From Actinomycetes bacterium (GTDB lineage Bacteria > Actinomycetota > Actinomycetes > S36-B12 > UBA5976), in contig JAYQPE010000006.1 of NCBI GenBank assembly GCA_038145175.1, positions 2,346 to 66,345 on the forward strand: DNA of 64,000 nucleotides, read 5' to 3'. The position numbers and the translations under genes were made by a program. Below, one piece after another: positions 21,788 through 32,053 of this stretch. The notes beneath the pieces are model-generated. The model did no database searches, had not been told where the DNA came from, and saw nothing but the letters and a program-made list of their open reading frames with translations. Each line of letters starts with the position of its first letter. The stretch's first letter is position 1.

Positions 21788-23974
21788 ATGCAAGATAAAA
21801 CTCATATTCGTCTAAGAATTTTAAGGGCAGTTTTGCTTTCCTTAATGTTTACTTTGGTTGGAAGATTGTTTTATATACAAATCACTTCTGGAGAAGATTT
21901 TCAACAAGCTTCACAACGTAATGCTTTTAGAGAAGTTTTTACACCTTCAGTTCGTGGACTTATATTAGATCAAGTTGGAAGGCCTGTAGTTGCTAATAAA
22001 TCAACCGTAGTAATTAGTGTTAACACTCGAATTCTTGAATCTTTTGAAGATAAAGGAGCATCGGTAATTTCTAAATTATCTTCGGTTTTAAATCTACCTG
22101 AAAATGAAATAAAAGATAGACTTACTCCTTGTGGAACAAAAGGTGCAAAAAAACCACCTATTTGTTGGTCTGGATCACTTTTCCAACCAATTCCAATTGC
22201 GCAAGATGTGGATAACAAAATTGCATTACAAATTATGGAACAAAGAAGTGATTTTCCAGGTGTTACAGCAGAATTAAACGCTTTAAGACAAATTCCTAGA
22301 CCATTTGATGTAAACATGGCACACATTATTGGCTATGTAGGACCGGTCACAGATAAAGAAATTGATAAACAAAAAAAAGAAGGAATCTCTTCACAAGATT
22401 TTGCATTACAAAATAATGACAAAATTGGAAGATCAGGTGTTGAACGTTTTTATGATGCTTGGTTAAGAGGAAAACCTGGAGTAACGGTTTTAGCTGTAGA
22501 TAAAGCATCAAATATAAAAGGTGTTGTAAAAGAAATTGATCCAGATCCTGGTAAATATGTAGTGTTAAATATTGATGCTAAATTGCAATCATTAGTTGAA
22601 GAACAGTTAGCTGCAGCCATTGAAAGAGCTCGAGCAAAAAATTATGTAGGTGAATCGGGTGCCGCAGTTGTTGTTGATGTTACAAATGGTCATGTATTAG
22701 CTATGGCAACTTATCCAAGTTATGATCCAAGAATTTGGCTTGGTGGAATCACGAGTGAACAATTTCAAGCTTTATCTGATCCAAAATCAGGGGTTCCATT
22801 AATTAGTAGAGCTACACAAGGTTTATTTGCCCCAGCTTCAATTTTTAAAGTGATTTCAACTGCTGCAGCAGCAGAAAACGGTTTTGATTTGAATGACATT
22901 TATCAGTGTCCTCCGCAAATGGAAATCGGTAACCGTGTTTTTAGAAATTATGAATCAATTGGTTTTGGCGCAATTACGATGCAACGAGCTCTAGAGGTTT
23001 CTTGTGACACTGTTTATTACGACATTGCAAACAAATTATGGCTTAGAGATGGTGGGTTAAATCCAGTAGACAATCCTAAAGACGCATTAGAAAAAATGTC
23101 ATTTGCCTTCGGCTTAGGTTCAAAAAGTGGCATTGATTTACCTGAAGATAATAAAGGTCGCGTTGGAGGAAGAATATTTAAAAAAGAATTTTGGGAAAAA
23201 AACCATGAAGTTTGGTGCGAAAGAGCTGAAAAAGGGTATCCCGAAGTTGCAGAAAAAGACCCAGAGCGAGCAAGAATGTTGCAAAAGTTTGCTGTTGAAA
23301 ACTGTACCGAGGGAATGCGTTTCCGAGCAGGAGATGCAGTAAACACTTCCATTGGCCAAGGTGACACAGTTGTTACACCTTTACAAATGGCTATGGTTTA
23401 TGCCGCTATTGCAAATGGTGGCACAGTTTATGAACCAAGAGTTGTTAAAGCAATCATGAACCCTGATGGAACGATAGCACAACAAATAAATTCAAAAGTA
23501 AAAAGTAAATTACCTATTTCTGAAGAAACTTTAAAATACATTCAAAAATCTTTGGTGGGTGTAACAATTTCAGGAACTGGAGCACCACCATTTATAGGAT
23601 TTCCACTTTCTAGAATTCCTGTTGCAACAAAAACTGGAACAGGTGAAGTATTAGGTAAACAATCAACTTCTTGGTTTGCAAGTTATGCTCCTGCAGATAA
23701 TCCGAAATATGCTGTGGTGATGATGGTTGCTCAAGGTGGAACTGGATCTGGAACTTCGGCTCCAAGTGTAAGAAGAATTTATGAAGAAATATTTGGCGTA
23801 AGAGGAAACACAATTGATCCTGATTCAAGTATTTTATTTGGTGGTTCACCAAATAATTCATTACCAAAAATAAGACTTGATGGATTACCTAATTATCCTG
23901 AAATTGATGAATTATTAAATCCAAGTCCTTCACCTTCAATTTCTGATTTAAGTATTACGAAAGCTTCTTCATGA
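21788..23974 (+). CDS. mrdA: Penicillin-binding protein 2 (class B transpeptidase)
   Basis: RG.ILD..G, S.FK (SIFK), SCD and KTG motifs. Confidence 0.93.
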   Translation: MQDKTHIRLRILRAVLLSLMFTLVGRLFYIQITSGEDFQQASQRNAFREVFTPSVRGLILDQVGRPVVANKSTVVISVNTRILESFEDKGASVISKLSSVLNLPENEIKDRLTPCGTKGAKKPPICWSGSLFQPIPIAQDVDNKIALQIMEQRSDFPGVTAELNALRQIPRPFDVNMAHIIGYVGPVTDKEIDKQKKEGISSQDFALQNNDKIGRSGVERFYDAWLRGKPGVTVLAVDKASNIKGVVKEIDPDPGKYVVLNIDAKLQSLVEEQLAAAIERARAKNYVGESGAAVVVDVTNGHVLAMATYPSYDPRIWLGGITSEQFQALSDPKSGVPLISRATQGLFAPASIFKVISTAAAAENGFDLNDIYQCPPQMEIGNRVFRNYESIGFGAITMQRALEVSCDTVYYDIANKLWLRDGGLNPVDNPKDALEKMSFAFGLGSKSGIDLPEDNKGRVGGRIFKKEFWEKNHEVWCERAEKGYPEVAEKDPERARMLQKFAVENCTEGMRFRAGDAVNTSIGQGDTVVTPLQMAMVYAAIANGGTVYEPRVVKAIMNPDGTIAQQINSKVKSKLPISEETLKYIQKSLVGVTISGTGAPPFIGFPLSRIPVATKTGTGEVLGKQSTSWFASYAPADNPKYAVVMMVAQGGTGSGTSAPSVRRIYEEIFGVRGNTIDPDSSILFGGSPNNSLPKIRLDGLPNYPEIDELLNPSPSPSISDLSITKASS

Positions 23975-25161
23975 GTTACTTATCGGTTAATAAATCAAAA
24001 GCAATTAAAAGAAATAGAGTTAATGATTCATTTTTTATTGGTTACGACTGGGTTTTAATTACAAGTGCTTTGTTGCTTTCTGTTATTGGAGCTGCTTTGG
24101 TTTATTCCGCATCTAATCAAAGATTGCAAGATGCAGGACTACCGTCAGATTTTTATCTACAAAGGCATATTTTTAATTTAATTTTAGGTTTAATTTTAGG
24201 TTTAATTGTTTCTCGTTTTTCATTTAGGACAGCAAGAGCATATGCAATTGTTATTTATGCATTTGCAGTAATTGGTTTGTTACTGGTCTTAATTCCAGGT
24301 GTAGGTAAATCTCAAGGTGGAGCTCAAGCTTGGCTAGCATTTCCTGGAGGTTTTACTTTTCAACCAAGTGAGTTTACTAAAGTTGCCTTAATTACTCTTC
24401 TTGCAATGGTTCTGACTGAAAAAAGAGATTCAGAATTAGTTCCACACGATAAAGATGTCTTACTAGGTTTATCTCTAGCTGGAATTCCTGCATTACTTGT
24501 TTTATTACAAAATGATTTTGGAACTGTGATGATTATTGGGGCAACTTTGTTAATGGTTTTAGTTGCTTCTGGAACTAAATTGAGATGGGTTTTTGGTTCA
24601 CTTTTCGCAGTACTTTTTGCCGGCTATATTGCATCTCAACTTAATTTTATTAAGGATTATCAATTAAAAAGATTAGCAACTTTTGTTGATCCAACTCTTG
24701 ATCCACTAGGAGCTGGATATAACACTTTGCAAGCAAAAATTGCTATTGGCTCAGGCGGTTGGTTTGGGCAAGGTTATTTAAATGGACCTCAAACTCAAGG
24801 TAAATATGTTCCAGCACAAAGAACCGATTTTATTTTCACAGTAGCTGGAGAGGAGCTAGGTTTTTTTGGAGCAACTTTAGTAATTCTTTTAATAGGTTTA
24901 ATTTTGTATCGATTATCAAAGATTGCCTTGAAAGCCCCCGATAGATTTGGACGTTTAACAGCCGTGGGTGTTGCAGGTTGGTTTGCTATTCAATCGTTTG
25001 AAAATATTGGAATGAATTTAGGAATTATGCCTGTAACTGGAGTGCCGCTTCCTTTTGTTTCCTATGGCGGTTCTTCCATGTTTGTTTCGTGGATGGCAAT
25101 TGGATTAGCGGTTGCAATTGGACGAGAAATTGATGATCGGGTCACCCCGATAATTCGCTAA
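23971..25161 (+). CDS. rodA: SEDS peptidoglycan glycosyltransferase RodA
   Basis: FQPSEF.K, AIGSGG, TDFIF..GEE.G, P.TG.PLPF.SYGGSS. Confidence 0.93.
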   Translation: MSYLSVNKSKAIKRNRVNDSFFIGYDWVLITSALLLSVIGAALVYSASNQRLQDAGLPSDFYLQRHIFNLILGLILGLIVSRFSFRTARAYAIVIYAFAVIGLLLVLIPGVGKSQGGAQAWLAFPGGFTFQPSEFTKVALITLLAMVLTEKRDSELVPHDKDVLLGLSLAGIPALLVLLQNDFGTVMIIGATLLMVLVASGTKLRWVFGSLFAVLFAGYIASQLNFIKDYQLKRLATFVDPTLDPLGAGYNTLQAKIAIGSGGWFGQGYLNGPQTQGKYVPAQRTDFIFTVAGEELGFFGATLVILLIGLILYRLSKIALKAPDRFGRLTAVGVAGWFAIQSFENIGMNLGIMPVTGVPLPFVSYGGSSMFVSWMAIGLAVAIGREIDDRVTPIIR

Positions 25162-25243
25162 AACAGGCTTGAATTCTCTTTTTCTTCTCGTATCTAAGGC
25201 GTCTTTTGAAAAATGAGGGTTTAAGTTGTGAGATACTTTAGGT

Positions 25244-25523
25244 ACTGGTTAAACACCTGGTTAATTCCAAAGGTGAAGAGAACCAAAAAAGACTTAGCCG
25301 AGCAGCGGTGCTCGGAAGAACGACAAAAAAGATTTGCGTAGTGCCAAATTGGTAATTAGACGAATTTATTTGAAGTTCTAAACAAAAGACCTTAAGAAAC
25401 TTTTAGGTTTGAATTTAATTATTTGAACCAAACAGTTTTACCAACACAAACAAATTTGTGTAGGTAAACAAGCTTAGTAAGCATTGCTTATCTGCACTAA
25501 AAAGATTTAGGAGTAAAGCCGTT
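25244..25523 (+). ncRNA. Long structured 5' leader of rne (candidate cis-regulatory RNA)
   Basis: 362-bp gap in a compact genome; several hairpins plus a long-range TAGTGC/GCACTA pairing; candidate -10 GATACT at 25232. Confidence 0.55.
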
Positions 25524-27383
25524 ATGGCTGACGAAGAAAAACCATCCTTGCGTAAGCGTTTTCGCATCGCAACATTTTCAGCATCAGAAGATTCACCAAC
25601 TCCAGTTGTAGAAACTCCAGTTGGTTCACCTTCTGTTGCTTTTCAACAAGCAGTTGTTCCACCAAGAGCACCTGGTGCAAACAAACCAGATTCTGAAAAT
25701 AAAGAAGAACGTGGACTTTTAAGACGTGCTCGCGGGGTAAGAAGAAGACGTGGCAGTGAAGATGAAGTAGAAAGTAATGAAACAAAAGAAAATAATTTTA
25801 CTAAAGAAGATGACGCAACTGAGGCAACCCATAGAAGAATAAGAAAAAGAGTCAGAGCAACAGATGTTAATTCTGAAGAAGTTGCTGCAGAAGATCCAAA
25901 TACAGTTGTTCGCGTTCGTGCACCTCGAGAAAGAACTTCTAATAGATCTTCAACCAGAATTGATGCAAAACGCCAAAGAAGAAAAGACGGAAGAGATTCT
26001 GGGAGAAGAAGAACACCAGTTTTAACTGAAGCTGAATTTCTAGCTCGCCGCGAAAGCGTTGATCGCGTTATGGTTGTTCGCCAAAATTTAGATCGAATTC
26101 AAATTGCAGTTTTGGAAGATAACATGCTTGTTGAACATTATGTCTCCCGCGGACAATCTGCATCTTTAATTGGAAATGTTTACTTAGGAAAAGTGCAAAA
26201 TGTTCTTCCAAGTATGGAAGCTGCATTCATTGATATTGGACGTGGCAGAAATGGTGTGCTTTATGCAGGAGAAGTTAATTGGGATGCAGCCGGACTTGAT
26301 GGGCAACCAAAAAGAATTGAACTTGCATTAAAAACTAATGATTCTGTTTTAGTTCAAGTTACAAAAGATCCAGTTGGGCAAAAAGGTGCAAGACTTACTA
26401 GTCAAATTTCTTTGCCAGGTAGATATTTAGTTTATGTACCAGATGGATCTGTTACTGGAATAAGTAGGAAACTTCCTGATGTGGAAAGAACTAGATTAAA
26501 AAGAATTTTAAGAAACATAGTTCCAGAAGGTGCTGGAGTTATTGTTCGAACGGCTGCAGAAGGTGCAACTGAAGAACAGTTACAAAAAGATGTTGCAAGA
26601 CTTCAAGCACAGTGGGAAAATATTCAAAATAAAACAAAAGATAGTAGTCCTGCTTCACTTCTTTATTCTGAACCAGATCTTGCAATCAGAGTTGTCAGAG
26701 ATATTTTCAATGAAGATTTCAAAAAACTAATAGTTGCAGGAAATGATGCATGGGACACTATTGAAGAATATGTGAAATATGTTGCTCCAGATTTAGCTGA
26801 TCGTTTAGAAAAGTGGAATGGCGAAGGTGATGTATTTGCAGCGAATCGAATTGATGAACAAATTTCTAAAGCACTTGATCGTAAAGTTTATCTACCTTCA
26901 GGTGGATCTTTAGTAATTGACAGAACAGAAGCCATGACAGTAATTGATGTCAATACTGGCAAATTTATTGGTCAGGGTGGAAATCTTGAAGAAACAGTTA
27001 CTAAAAATAATCTTGAAGCAGCAGAAGAAATTGTTCGACAATTAAGACTTAGAGATGTGGGTGGAATCATTGTTATTGATTTCATTGATATGGTGCTTGA
27101 ATCAAATAGAGATCAAGTTTTAAGAAGACTTGTTGAATGTTTAGGTAGAGATAGAACTAAACATCAAGTGGCCGAAGTCTCATCATTAGGTCTGGTGCAG
27201 ATGACAAGAAAAAGAATCAGCACTGGATTATTAGAAACTTTTTCAGAAGCTTGCGAACATTGCAATGGTCGAGGGGTAAAGGTGTTTTCTGAACCGGTAG
27301 ACCACAAACACTCAGATAGACGATTCAAACGAGAAAACACTGAGGCAACAGAAGCAAATTCTGAAGAGACTGCCAGGCAATAG
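25524..27383 (+). CDS. rne: Ribonuclease E/G
   Basis: S1 domain GNVYLGKV..VLP.MEAAFIDIG; IDVNTG; IDFIDM; C..C.G.G Zn link; Arg-rich N-terminus. Confidence 0.95.
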   Translation: MADEEKPSLRKRFRIATFSASEDSPTPVVETPVGSPSVAFQQAVVPPRAPGANKPDSENKEERGLLRRARGVRRRRGSEDEVESNETKENNFTKEDDATEATHRRIRKRVRATDVNSEEVAAEDPNTVVRVRAPRERTSNRSSTRIDAKRQRRKDGRDSGRRRTPVLTEAEFLARRESVDRVMVVRQNLDRIQIAVLEDNMLVEHYVSRGQSASLIGNVYLGKVQNVLPSMEAAFIDIGRGRNGVLYAGEVNWDAAGLDGQPKRIELALKTNDSVLVQVTKDPVGQKGARLTSQISLPGRYLVYVPDGSVTGISRKLPDVERTRLKRILRNIVPEGAGVIVRTAAEGATEEQLQKDVARLQAQWENIQNKTKDSSPASLLYSEPDLAIRVVRDIFNEDFKKLIVAGNDAWDTIEEYVKYVAPDLADRLEKWNGEGDVFAANRIDEQISKALDRKVYLPSGGSLVIDRTEAMTVIDVNTGKFIGQGGNLEETVTKNNLEAAEEIVRQLRLRDVGGIIVIDFIDMVLESNRDQVLRRLVECLGRDRTKHQVAEVSSLGLVQMTRKRISTGLLETFSEACEHCNGRGVKVFSEPVDHKHSDRRFKRENTEATEANSEETARQ

Positions 27384-27482
27384 ATAAGGCTAATTTCCAG
27401 ATTTAGTAATCTAGGAAGACACCCTTTCCACTTGGCAAAATTTGGTTTTGTAAAAAGAAAGCATTAAAAGGAGAAAACGACA

Positions 27483-27797
27483 GTGTATGCAATAGTGCGT
27501 TCCGGTGGACGCCAAGAAAAAGTATCTGTTGGTGACACTGTTGTCATGGATCGACAAGACGCTAAACCAGGATCAAAAATTAATCTTCCAGCACTAATGG
27601 TTGTAGATAATGGAAAAATTACTCATGATGCACAAACTTTGTCTGCAACAAAAGTAGAAGCTGAAGTAATTTCACATGATCGTGGACCAAAAATAAAAAT
27701 TCAACATTACAGAAGCAAAACTGGTTACAAACGCCGTTTAGGACATCGCCAGGAATTAACAACTGTAAAAGTTACAGATATCAAGGTAGGTAAATAA
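27483..27797 (+). CDS. rplU: 50S ribosomal protein L21
   Basis: MYAIVRSGGRQ.KV; GHRQ. Confidence 0.97.
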   Translation: MYAIVRSGGRQEKVSVGDTVVMDRQDAKPGSKINLPALMVVDNGKITHDAQTLSATKVEAEVISHDRGPKIKIQHYRSKTGYKRRLGHRQELTTVKVTDIKVGK

Positions 27798-28052
27798 ATG
27801 GCATCCAAAAAAGGTGTATCAAGTACTAGAAACGGTCGCGATTCCAATGCTCAAAGACTTGGAATTAAAAGATTTGGCGGACAACTAGTTGGCGCTGGCG
27901 AAATTATTGTTCGTCAACGTGGAACACAATTTCATCCCGGTGTAAACGTGGGAATTGGTTCTGATGACACATTGTTTGCTTTGCAACCTGGTGCTGTGAA
28001 ATTTGGATCACGTCGTGGACGTCGTGTTGTAGATATCGTTCCGGCTGAGTAA
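27798..28052 (+). CDS. rpmA: 50S ribosomal protein L27
   Basis: [14 protein letters not shown]; IIVRQRGT. Confidence 0.97.
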   Translation: MASKKGVSSTRNGRDSNAQRLGIKRFGGQLVGAGEIIVRQRGTQFHPGVNVGIGSDDTLFALQPGAVKFGSRRGRRVVDIVPAE

Positions 28053-28071
28053 CCCGTTAAAAATTTTTTAA

Positions 28072-28103
28072 AAAAGGGCGGGCAGAAAAATGTCCGCCCT
28101 TTT
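28072..28103 (+). terminator. Intrinsic terminator hairpin after rpmA
   Basis: AAAAGGGCGGGCA-GAAAAA-TGTCCGCCCTTTT GC-rich stem with a short U tract. Confidence 0.8.
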
Positions 28104-28129
28104 GAATTTAATAAAAAGGTGGTGATGAA

Positions 28130-29479
28130 ATGTTTATAGACCAAGTACTCATTCATGCAAAAGCTGGTAACGGTGGAAGTGGTTGCACATCAGTTCATCG
28201 CGAAAAATTTAAACCACTTGGCGGTCCAGATGGTGGCAATGGTGGTCGAGGTGGAGATGTTGTCTTAGTTGTTGATTCAAATGTAACAACTCTTTTGGAA
28301 TATCACAGACATCCACATCAAATTGCTCCAAATGGAAAACCAGGTCAAGGAAGTCATAACAATGGCGCAAATGGTCCTGATTTAATTTTGCCAGTACCTG
28401 CTGGCACAGTTGTATATTCAATGCAAAATGAAATTCTTGCAGATTTAGTTAAACCAGATATGCGTTATGTAATTGCTGAAGGTGGTGCTGGTGGTTTAGG
28501 AAATGCAGCACTTTCTTCTAATAAAAGAAAAGCGCCAGGTTTTTCTTTACTTGGTGAACCTGGAGAAATAAATGATGTAAAACTTGAACTTAAATCTTTG
28601 GCAGATGTTGCACTCGTTGGTTTTCCAAGTGCTGGAAAATCAAGTTTAGTTTCAGTTATTAGTGCTGCCAAACCAAAAATTGCTGACTATCCATTTACAA
28701 CATTGGTGCCAAATCTTGGTGTTGTAGAAGCAGGTGAAGAAAGTTTCACGGTTGCAGATGTTCCAGGATTAATTGAAGGTGCAAGTGCCGGAAAAGGTTT
28801 AGGACTGGAATTTTTAAGACATGTGGAAAGATGTGCAGTTTTAGTTCATGTAATTGATTGTGCAACTTTGGAACCAGGACGAGATCCATTGCATGATTTA
28901 GATGTAATTGAAAAAGAACTAGAGATCTATGGTGGATTACAAGATCGACCAAGATTGGTTGCTTTAAACAAAATAGATGTTCCAGATGCTAGAGAATTAG
29001 CAGAAATGATGATTCCTGAATTAGAAAAAAGAAATTTAAAAGCATTTATGATTTCAGCAGTTACTAGAGAAGGTTTAAAAGATTTGATATTTGCGATGTC
29101 TGAATTAGTAATTAAATGGCGAAAAGATCATACGGAAGATGAGAAAGCTCGAATAATAATTAGACCAGAAGGTGTTGGAAATATTGAATTCAAAGTTAAA
29201 AAAGATGGCGAAAGATTTTTTGTTACGGGAAGTAAAGTAGAAAGATGGATCAAACAAACCGATTTTGCAAATGATGAAGCAGTGGGGTATTTGGCAGATA
29301 GATTTGCCACTTTAGGAATTGAGGATGCACTTAGAAAAGCTGGAGCCACACCAGGAGTTGAAGTTGCAATTGGAGAAGGCGATGACGCTGTACTTTTTGA
29401 TTGGGATCCAGAAATTGATTCCGGTGTCAAAAATATTCGTGGCCCAAGAGGCACAGATATTAGATTGGATGGAAGATGA
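28130..29479 (+). CDS. obgE: GTPase ObgE/CgtA
   Basis: Gly-rich Obg domain, [21 protein letters not shown]. Confidence 0.97.
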   Translation: MFIDQVLIHAKAGNGGSGCTSVHREKFKPLGGPDGGNGGRGGDVVLVVDSNVTTLLEYHRHPHQIAPNGKPGQGSHNNGANGPDLILPVPAGTVVYSMQNEILADLVKPDMRYVIAEGGAGGLGNAALSSNKRKAPGFSLLGEPGEINDVKLELKSLADVALVGFPSAGKSSLVSVISAAKPKIADYPFTTLVPNLGVVEAGEESFTVADVPGLIEGASAGKGLGLEFLRHVERCAVLVHVIDCATLEPGRDPLHDLDVIEKELEIYGGLQDRPRLVALNKIDVPDARELAEMMIPELEKRNLKAFMISAVTREGLKDLIFAMSELVIKWRKDHTEDEKARIIIRPEGVGNIEFKVKKDGERFFVTGSKVERWIKQTDFANDEAVGYLADRFATLGIEDALRKAGATPGVEVAIGEGDDAVLFDWDPEIDSGVKNIRGPRGTDIRLDGR

Positions 29480-30618
29480 GTAAAGATTTAAGAAATCTAA
29501 TTTCTACATCCAAAAGAATAGTTGTTAAAGTTGGCTCTTCTTCGATTACTACAGCTCAAGGTGGAATTGATGAGCAAAAAATAACTCAAATCGTAGAAGC
29601 AATAGCAAAGCATCATAAAAAACAGCATGAAATTGTTCTAGTTTCATCAGGTGCTATAGCTGCTGGTCTTGCGCCATTGAAACTTGATTCACGTCCTAAA
29701 GATTTATCTCTACAACAAGCCGTTGCAAGTGTGGGACAAAGTTTATTAGTGAATAAATATTCCCAAGAATTTTCAAAATACGATATAAATGTTGGTCAAG
29801 TCTTGTTAACTGCAGAAGATATGAGCAGGCGTTCGCATTATCGAAATGCTCAAAGGACTTTTAGTAAGTTACTAGAAATGAAAGTTATCCCAATCGTTAA
29901 TGAAAATGACACGGTGGCTACTGATGAAATTAGGGTTGGAGATAACGACAGATTAGCTGGAATTGTTACTCACTTAATTAATGCCGATGCATTAATTCTT
30001 CTTTCAGACGTTGATGGACTCTATTCAGCACCTCCAGGAAATATTAATTCTAAATTTATTTCTGAAGTTAAAGATTTCACGGAAATAGATACTTTAGAAA
30101 TTGGTGGAGCAGGCACAAGTGGTGTTGGAACTGGGGGCATGTTTACAAAAGTTCAGGCTGCTCGAATTGCAAGTGCTGGAGGTGTAACAGTTTTAATTAC
30201 TGATGCGAAAAATCTTGAATTAGTACTAAATGGAAAAGAAGTTGGCACTATATTTTGGCCAAAGAAAGCCAAATTATCCGCAAGATCACTTTGGATTTCT
30301 CATGCTGCAGATATTGAAGGCCAAATAAAAGTGGATCAAGGTGCAGTAAATGCACTTTTAACCAAGCAAGCTTCTTTATTAAGTGCAGGAATTAAAGAAG
30401 TCTTTGGAGATTTTGAAGATGGTGCAGTAGTTGAGGTAATAGATGAAAATCATAAAGTAATTGCAAAAGGGCTTACTAATTTTGATTCGTCAGAACTACC
30501 AAAAATGATGGGAAAAAATTCTGCCAAACTTTTTGAGGAATTTGGCTCAGGTTATGAAAAAGAAGTCATTCATCGTGACGATTTAGTTTTAAGTGCCGAT
30601 ATAGTTGTGGATAACTAA
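29476..30618 (+). CDS. proB: Glutamate 5-kinase
   Basis: VVKVGSS, NEND, GDND, GTGGM.TK, PUA domain. Confidence 0.95.
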   Translation: MSKDLRNLISTSKRIVVKVGSSSITTAQGGIDEQKITQIVEAIAKHHKKQHEIVLVSSGAIAAGLAPLKLDSRPKDLSLQQAVASVGQSLLVNKYSQEFSKYDINVGQVLLTAEDMSRRSHYRNAQRTFSKLLEMKVIPIVNENDTVATDEIRVGDNDRLAGIVTHLINADALILLSDVDGLYSAPPGNINSKFISEVKDFTEIDTLEIGGAGTSGVGTGGMFTKVQAARIASAGGVTVLITDAKNLELVLNGKEVGTIFWPKKAKLSARSLWISHAADIEGQIKVDQGAVNALLTKQASLLSAGIKEVFGDFEDGAVVEVIDENHKVIAKGLTNFDSSELPKMMGKNSAKLFEEFGSGYEKEVIHRDDLVLSADIVVDN

Positions 30619-30628
30619 AGAGATAAAA

Positions 30629-31924
30629 ATGACAAATGTAAACCTAAATCCAGTCGAAACTTTAGCAAGAAGTGCTAAAGAGGCAAGTTATAAATTATCG
30701 CAACTAAACAGAGAAGTTAAAGATAAAGCACTTAATTTAATGGCTAAGGATTTAGTAGAAAAATCAAGTGAAATTGTTAAAGCAAATGAATTAGATATTA
30801 AAAATGCTATTGAGAACAAAGTTGATAAATACCTGATTGATCGTTTAACCTTAAATGAAGCAAGAATCAAAGAGGTAGCCAAAGGCTTAATTGAAATATC
30901 GCAATTAAAAGACCCTGTTGGTGAAGTTGTTAGAGGTTGGGTTCAACCAAATGGATTAGAAATTGAACAAATACGCGTACCTCTAGGTGTGGTTGGAATT
31001 ATTTATGAAGCACGACCAAATGTAACAGTAGATGCGGTAGGAATTTGTCTAAAAAGTGGAAACTCAGTTTTATTAAGAGGTTCATCTTCAGCTCAAAATA
31101 CCAATGCTGCCTTAATTAAAGTTATGCGTGAAAGTTTAAATAAATTAAATATTCCATCTGATGCGATTATTCAAATTCCTACTGATTCTCATGAATCAGT
31201 CAAACAATTAATGAACGCTCGAGGTTTAGTCGATGTTTTGATTCCAAGAGGAGGCGCTTCTCTAATTGAATCTATCGTCAATGACTCTAAAGTACCCGTA
31301 ATTGAAACTGGAGTAGGTAATTGTCATGTCTATATAGATGAATACGCAGATATTGATATGGCAGTTTCAATACTTGTTAACTCAAAAGTTTCTCGTTGTA
31401 GCGTTTGCAATGCCGCCGAAACATTTTTAGTTCATGAAAAAATTGCAGACGAATTTTTACCAAAAGCTTTGAATGAACTAAAAAATCATGAAGTTACCAT
31501 TCATGGAGACCAAAAAATAAAGAAGTATTGTGAAAAAGTTGGAATTAAATATTTAGAAGTAACAGATCATGATTGGACTTGCGAATATTACAGTTTAGAT
31601 ATTGCTGCCGGAATTGTGGGTTCACTTGATGAAGCAATTTCTCACATTAGAAAATGGTCTTCCAATCACACTGAGGCGATAGTTTCTGATTCGGTTCAAA
31701 ATGTTGAAAAATTTGTTAAAGAAGTTGACTCTGCAGCAGTAATGATTAACGCTTCAACCCGTTTTACAGATGGTGGAGAATTTGGATTTGGTGCAGAGAT
31801 GGGTATTTCTAATCAAAAACTCCACGCCAGGGGACCTATGGGATTACTAGAAATGACAAGTACTAAGTATGTTGTTAAAGGTAAAGGTCACATCAGAGGA
31901 AATGTTGGAGAAATTAAAAAATGA
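30629..31924 (+). CDS. proA: Gamma-glutamyl phosphate reductase
   Basis: VPLGVVGIIYEARPNV, VCNAAE, NASTRFTDG, KLHARGP; ATG at 30629 preferred. Confidence 0.95.
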   Translation: MTNVNLNPVETLARSAKEASYKLSQLNREVKDKALNLMAKDLVEKSSEIVKANELDIKNAIENKVDKYLIDRLTLNEARIKEVAKGLIEISQLKDPVGEVVRGWVQPNGLEIEQIRVPLGVVGIIYEARPNVTVDAVGICLKSGNSVLLRGSSSAQNTNAALIKVMRESLNKLNIPSDAIIQIPTDSHESVKQLMNARGLVDVLIPRGGASLIESIVNDSKVPVIETGVGNCHVYIDEYADIDMAVSILVNSKVSRCSVCNAAETFLVHEKIADEFLPKALNELKNHEVTIHGDQKIKKYCEKVGIKYLEVTDHDWTCEYYSLDIAAGIVGSLDEAISHIRKWSSNHTEAIVSDSVQNVEKFVKEVDSAAVMINASTRFTDGGEFGFGAEMGISNQKLHARGPMGLLEMTSTKYVVKGKGHIRGNVGEIKK

Positions 31925-32052
31925 TCAAATTGAGCGAAGTTGCCGAAAAGGGTGTAGAACTTCCATTTCATCCATTGGTGTTTGGATTTGGAATGTTTGG
32001 ATTATTAGTTGTGGCTTTAATTGTGGTCACAAGGTTAAACGCAGACAGATAA
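31921..32052 (+). CDS. Small single-pass membrane protein (43 aa), absent from the ORF track
   Basis: MIKLSEVAEKGVELPFHPLVFGFGMFGLLVVALIVVTRLNADR; GGAG RBS; ATGA overlap with the proA stop; ends 1 nt before nadD. Confidence 0.8.
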   Translation: MIKLSEVAEKGVELPFHPLVFGFGMFGLLVVALIVVTRLNADR

Positions 32053-32053
32053 A

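Noticed and set aside
22207-30614. TGTGGATAA DnaA-box matches at 22207 and 30606; possible origin
   Set aside because: Isolated, inside coding sequence and not clustered; consistent with chance
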